A stretch of DNA of 64,000 bases from a virus: the IMG/VR virus record IMGVR_UViG_3300045988_131275, positions 64,001 to 128,000 of that record; one strand, written 5' to 3'. Shown piece by piece: positions 61,981-64,000 of this stretch; the stretch's first letter is position 1; each line of letters starts with the position of its first letter. The notes under the pieces were generated by a model that was not told the origin of the DNA, ran no database searches, and saw nothing but the letters and a program-made list of their open reading frames with translations. Both the position numbers and the translations under genes were made by a program.

Positions 61981-62319
61981 TTAAATTATTCTACATTTAT
62001 TATATTCATCTTCTGTAAGTAAACCTTCATCGTACATATCTTCAAGTGTTCTAAATACCGCAAAAGCTCTTCTACTTAACCAACAGAATCCATCAAATTC
62101 ACCTATAAGTGCATCTGTATTTTCTTCTTCTTGCTTCTGTAATTTTATTGCTATGTCACTCTCACGAAAGAAAAATGCTTTATATTTAGCAGCTTTGATT
62201 CTTAATATTTCTATTTCGTATTCTTGTGAAATTAATTCCCGTTGAGCATCTAATAATTTCAATCCTGCACTTTCTAATGGACTGTTCTCAATTCTATTCT
62301 TAAAATATTTGTCATTCAT
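61981..62319 (-). CDS. Hypothetical protein
   Basis: ORF. Confidence 0.5.
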   Translation of the reverse strand: MNDKYFKNRIENSPLESAGLKLLDAQRELISQEYEIEILRIKAAKYKAFFFRESDIAIKLQKQEEENTDALIGEFDGFCWLSRRAFAVFRTLEDMYDEGLLTEDEYNKCRII

Positions 62320-62422
62320 AATTATCCTCCAATTATATTAACTTAACAGTGCAATAATAAATACCGCAATTCCTACATATGCAATTATACATCCTAAAGT
62401 GTACATATTCATTCCTCCAATA

Positions 62423-62977
62423 TCATTTATAAATATTACTTGTAATATGAACAGTCGCATAATATGTTCTTCCAATCTCTTTTGCGATTTCCACATTACC
62501 CTTATTCTGTTTCATAAGAACTTTAATTCTTCTTCGTTCTTCTGGTGTGATCTTATTTCTATGCCTTTCTGGTATGTACGAATTTTTTATACTACACATC
62601 CAATCTGGCTCTGGTAATATAGAACCAGCTTCATATTTACGCCAGTTGATTTCTGTTTTATGATTTTTCGCCCATTCCCAAAAGTTATCAGGATCAATCA
62701 GATATCGTGTCGAATTGGATACTTTAAACTTCTTACATGGAAGTTCTAACTTTTCAATCCATCTGATCACAACAGATACGTCACAATTGAATGCTTTTGC
62801 TATTGTTTTAGCAGCAAGGCATTCTCCGCAGTAATGATTAAGACCTAATTTCCTCGCCTTATGTTTAACAGATGATACACTTCTGTTCAAAAATTTTGCT
62901 GTAGTTTCAACTGATTGATATAGATACCTTCTATACATATAAGTTTCCTCATCTTTTGTCCATTCTCTTCTTCCCAT
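62423..62977 (-). CDS. HTH/Myb-SANT-like phage DNA-binding protein
   Basis: REWTKDEETYMYRRYLYQSVETTAKFLNRSVSSVKHKARKLGL. Confidence 0.7.
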   Translation of the reverse strand: MGRREWTKDEETYMYRRYLYQSVETTAKFLNRSVSSVKHKARKLGLNHYCGECLAAKTIAKAFNCDVSVVIRWIEKLELPCKKFKVSNSTRYLIDPDNFWEWAKNHKTEINWRKYEAGSILPEPDWMCSIKNSYIPERHRNKITPEERRRIKVLMKQNKGNVEIAKEIGRTYYATVHITSNIYK

Positions 62978-63740
62978 ACAATACCTCTTAAAACCTAATA
63001 TAATTCACCTATGCAACATTTCCCTCAACCATACGTTAAAATTGAAGTTCTCCATATTTTCTTCTCTTTCTGTATAATTTCCATTATAATTACGGAAACA
63101 GTTTCCAGAATCACGTTTGTCTTTATCCCAACATGATACGTGCTTATTTGTCCTTTTCATTCTTTCTTCACCTCTTCCATCAGATATGACAGTCCTTTAC
63201 TATGGTGGCAGTTGAACCAATCATATACTTCATTTTTATTAGTTCCTTTTGAAAATGCATACCATGCAGTTTTAAGATTTCCGTTACGATCAACAGGAAC
63301 GCTCTGAAATTTTTTCCATAATGCTTCTACATTTTTATCAATCGTGTCTTGTAATGTTAATTCTATTTCTTCCATATAGTTCTCCCATCATTTATGAATT
63401 TATTGTATGTTTTGCAAAAAGGATTAAAGCATCTATCTACTAACACAAATTTCCCATTAACAAAATCAAAATACTGTTTTCTGCTTTTCTGTCCGCATAC
63501 ATAACAATAAATCATATTATCACTCCATTCTTGATATTGAATTACAAATTTTCTTATTGAGTCTCTGATATATTTCCGCTGACTCATCTAATGCTTTAAT
63601 TACAGATGTTTCACATGTTAATTTTTCTGCTTTGTAAACATTGTCAATTAAACAAATCAAACCATTTGATAAAATACTTATTTCCTTTGATGTAAGTTCC
63701 AATTTGATTTTTCCATTATTATTCATATTTTCTCCTTTTC

Positions 63741-63756
63741 TGAAATCATCATTTCA
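63741..63756 (-). repeat. Intergenic mini-hairpin, dispersed family (TGAAAT-CATC-ATTTCA)
   Basis: 6-bp perfect stem upstream of a gene start. Confidence 0.65.
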
Positions 63757-64000
63757 TTAACCTAAATAATGTTCTCAATCTTTCATTAAGAAGTAATCAG
63801 CACCTTCCACATATCTCTGTGCGTTTATATTTTCAATAATCTGTTCCTTTGTAATTCCATAGTCTACACACTGTTCAAGATCAGCTCCATTATCGCAAAG
63901 TTTAAAATACGTTACTATATATTTCCCATTTGGTAATTCATTTTCATTCTGAATTTCATCAATATATCCTTCCATATCTTCATATAAAGCAGACCTTTCA

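Noticed and set aside
1-64000. CRISPR array
   Set aside because: No regularly spaced identical repeats were seen; the mini-hairpins are too short, irregularly spaced and lie at gene junctions.

Overview
The window looks like part of a large, AT-rich temperate-type phage or prophage-like genome from a Firmicute (Clostridia-like) host. Almost all genes are on the minus strand. The left end carries replication genes: a TOPRIM primase, a DnaB-like helicase, a Sak4-like ATPase and an SSB-like protein. The rest is a long accessory region of small proteins with several DNA and RNA modification enzymes, a SNF2/SF2 helicase, a tyrosine recombinase, a MazF-like toxin, an XRE regulator, an intact IS66-family element with an 8-bp TSD, and a TnpB-like gene. 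No capsid, tail or terminase genes were recognised. The main find is a compact three-gene cassette at 13524-16457 (minus strand): (i) a CmoA-like carboxy-SAM synthase, (ii) a C5-cytosine DNA methyltransferase whose motif X reads AGRT instead of the usual AGN(S/T), and (iii) an asparagine-synthetase-like PP-loop ATPase that lacks the glutaminase domain. The same Asn to basic substitution in motif X is what lets engineered C5-MTases accept carboxy-SAM. I therefore propose a natural phage pathway that makes 5-carboxymethylcytosine in DNA and then amidates it or conjugates an amine to it. Secondary finds are a circularly permuted C5-MTase with motif I at its C-terminus, a dispersed short hairpin next to the Shine-Dalgarno of many genes, a tRNA-like gene with a 6-nt anticodon loop, a pair of radical SAM enzymes (one RlmN-like), a Thg1-like protein, a sigma-like/DUF262 fusion and a Tad2-like (DUF2829) protein. 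All identifications come from reading motifs by eye. No database search or computation was run.
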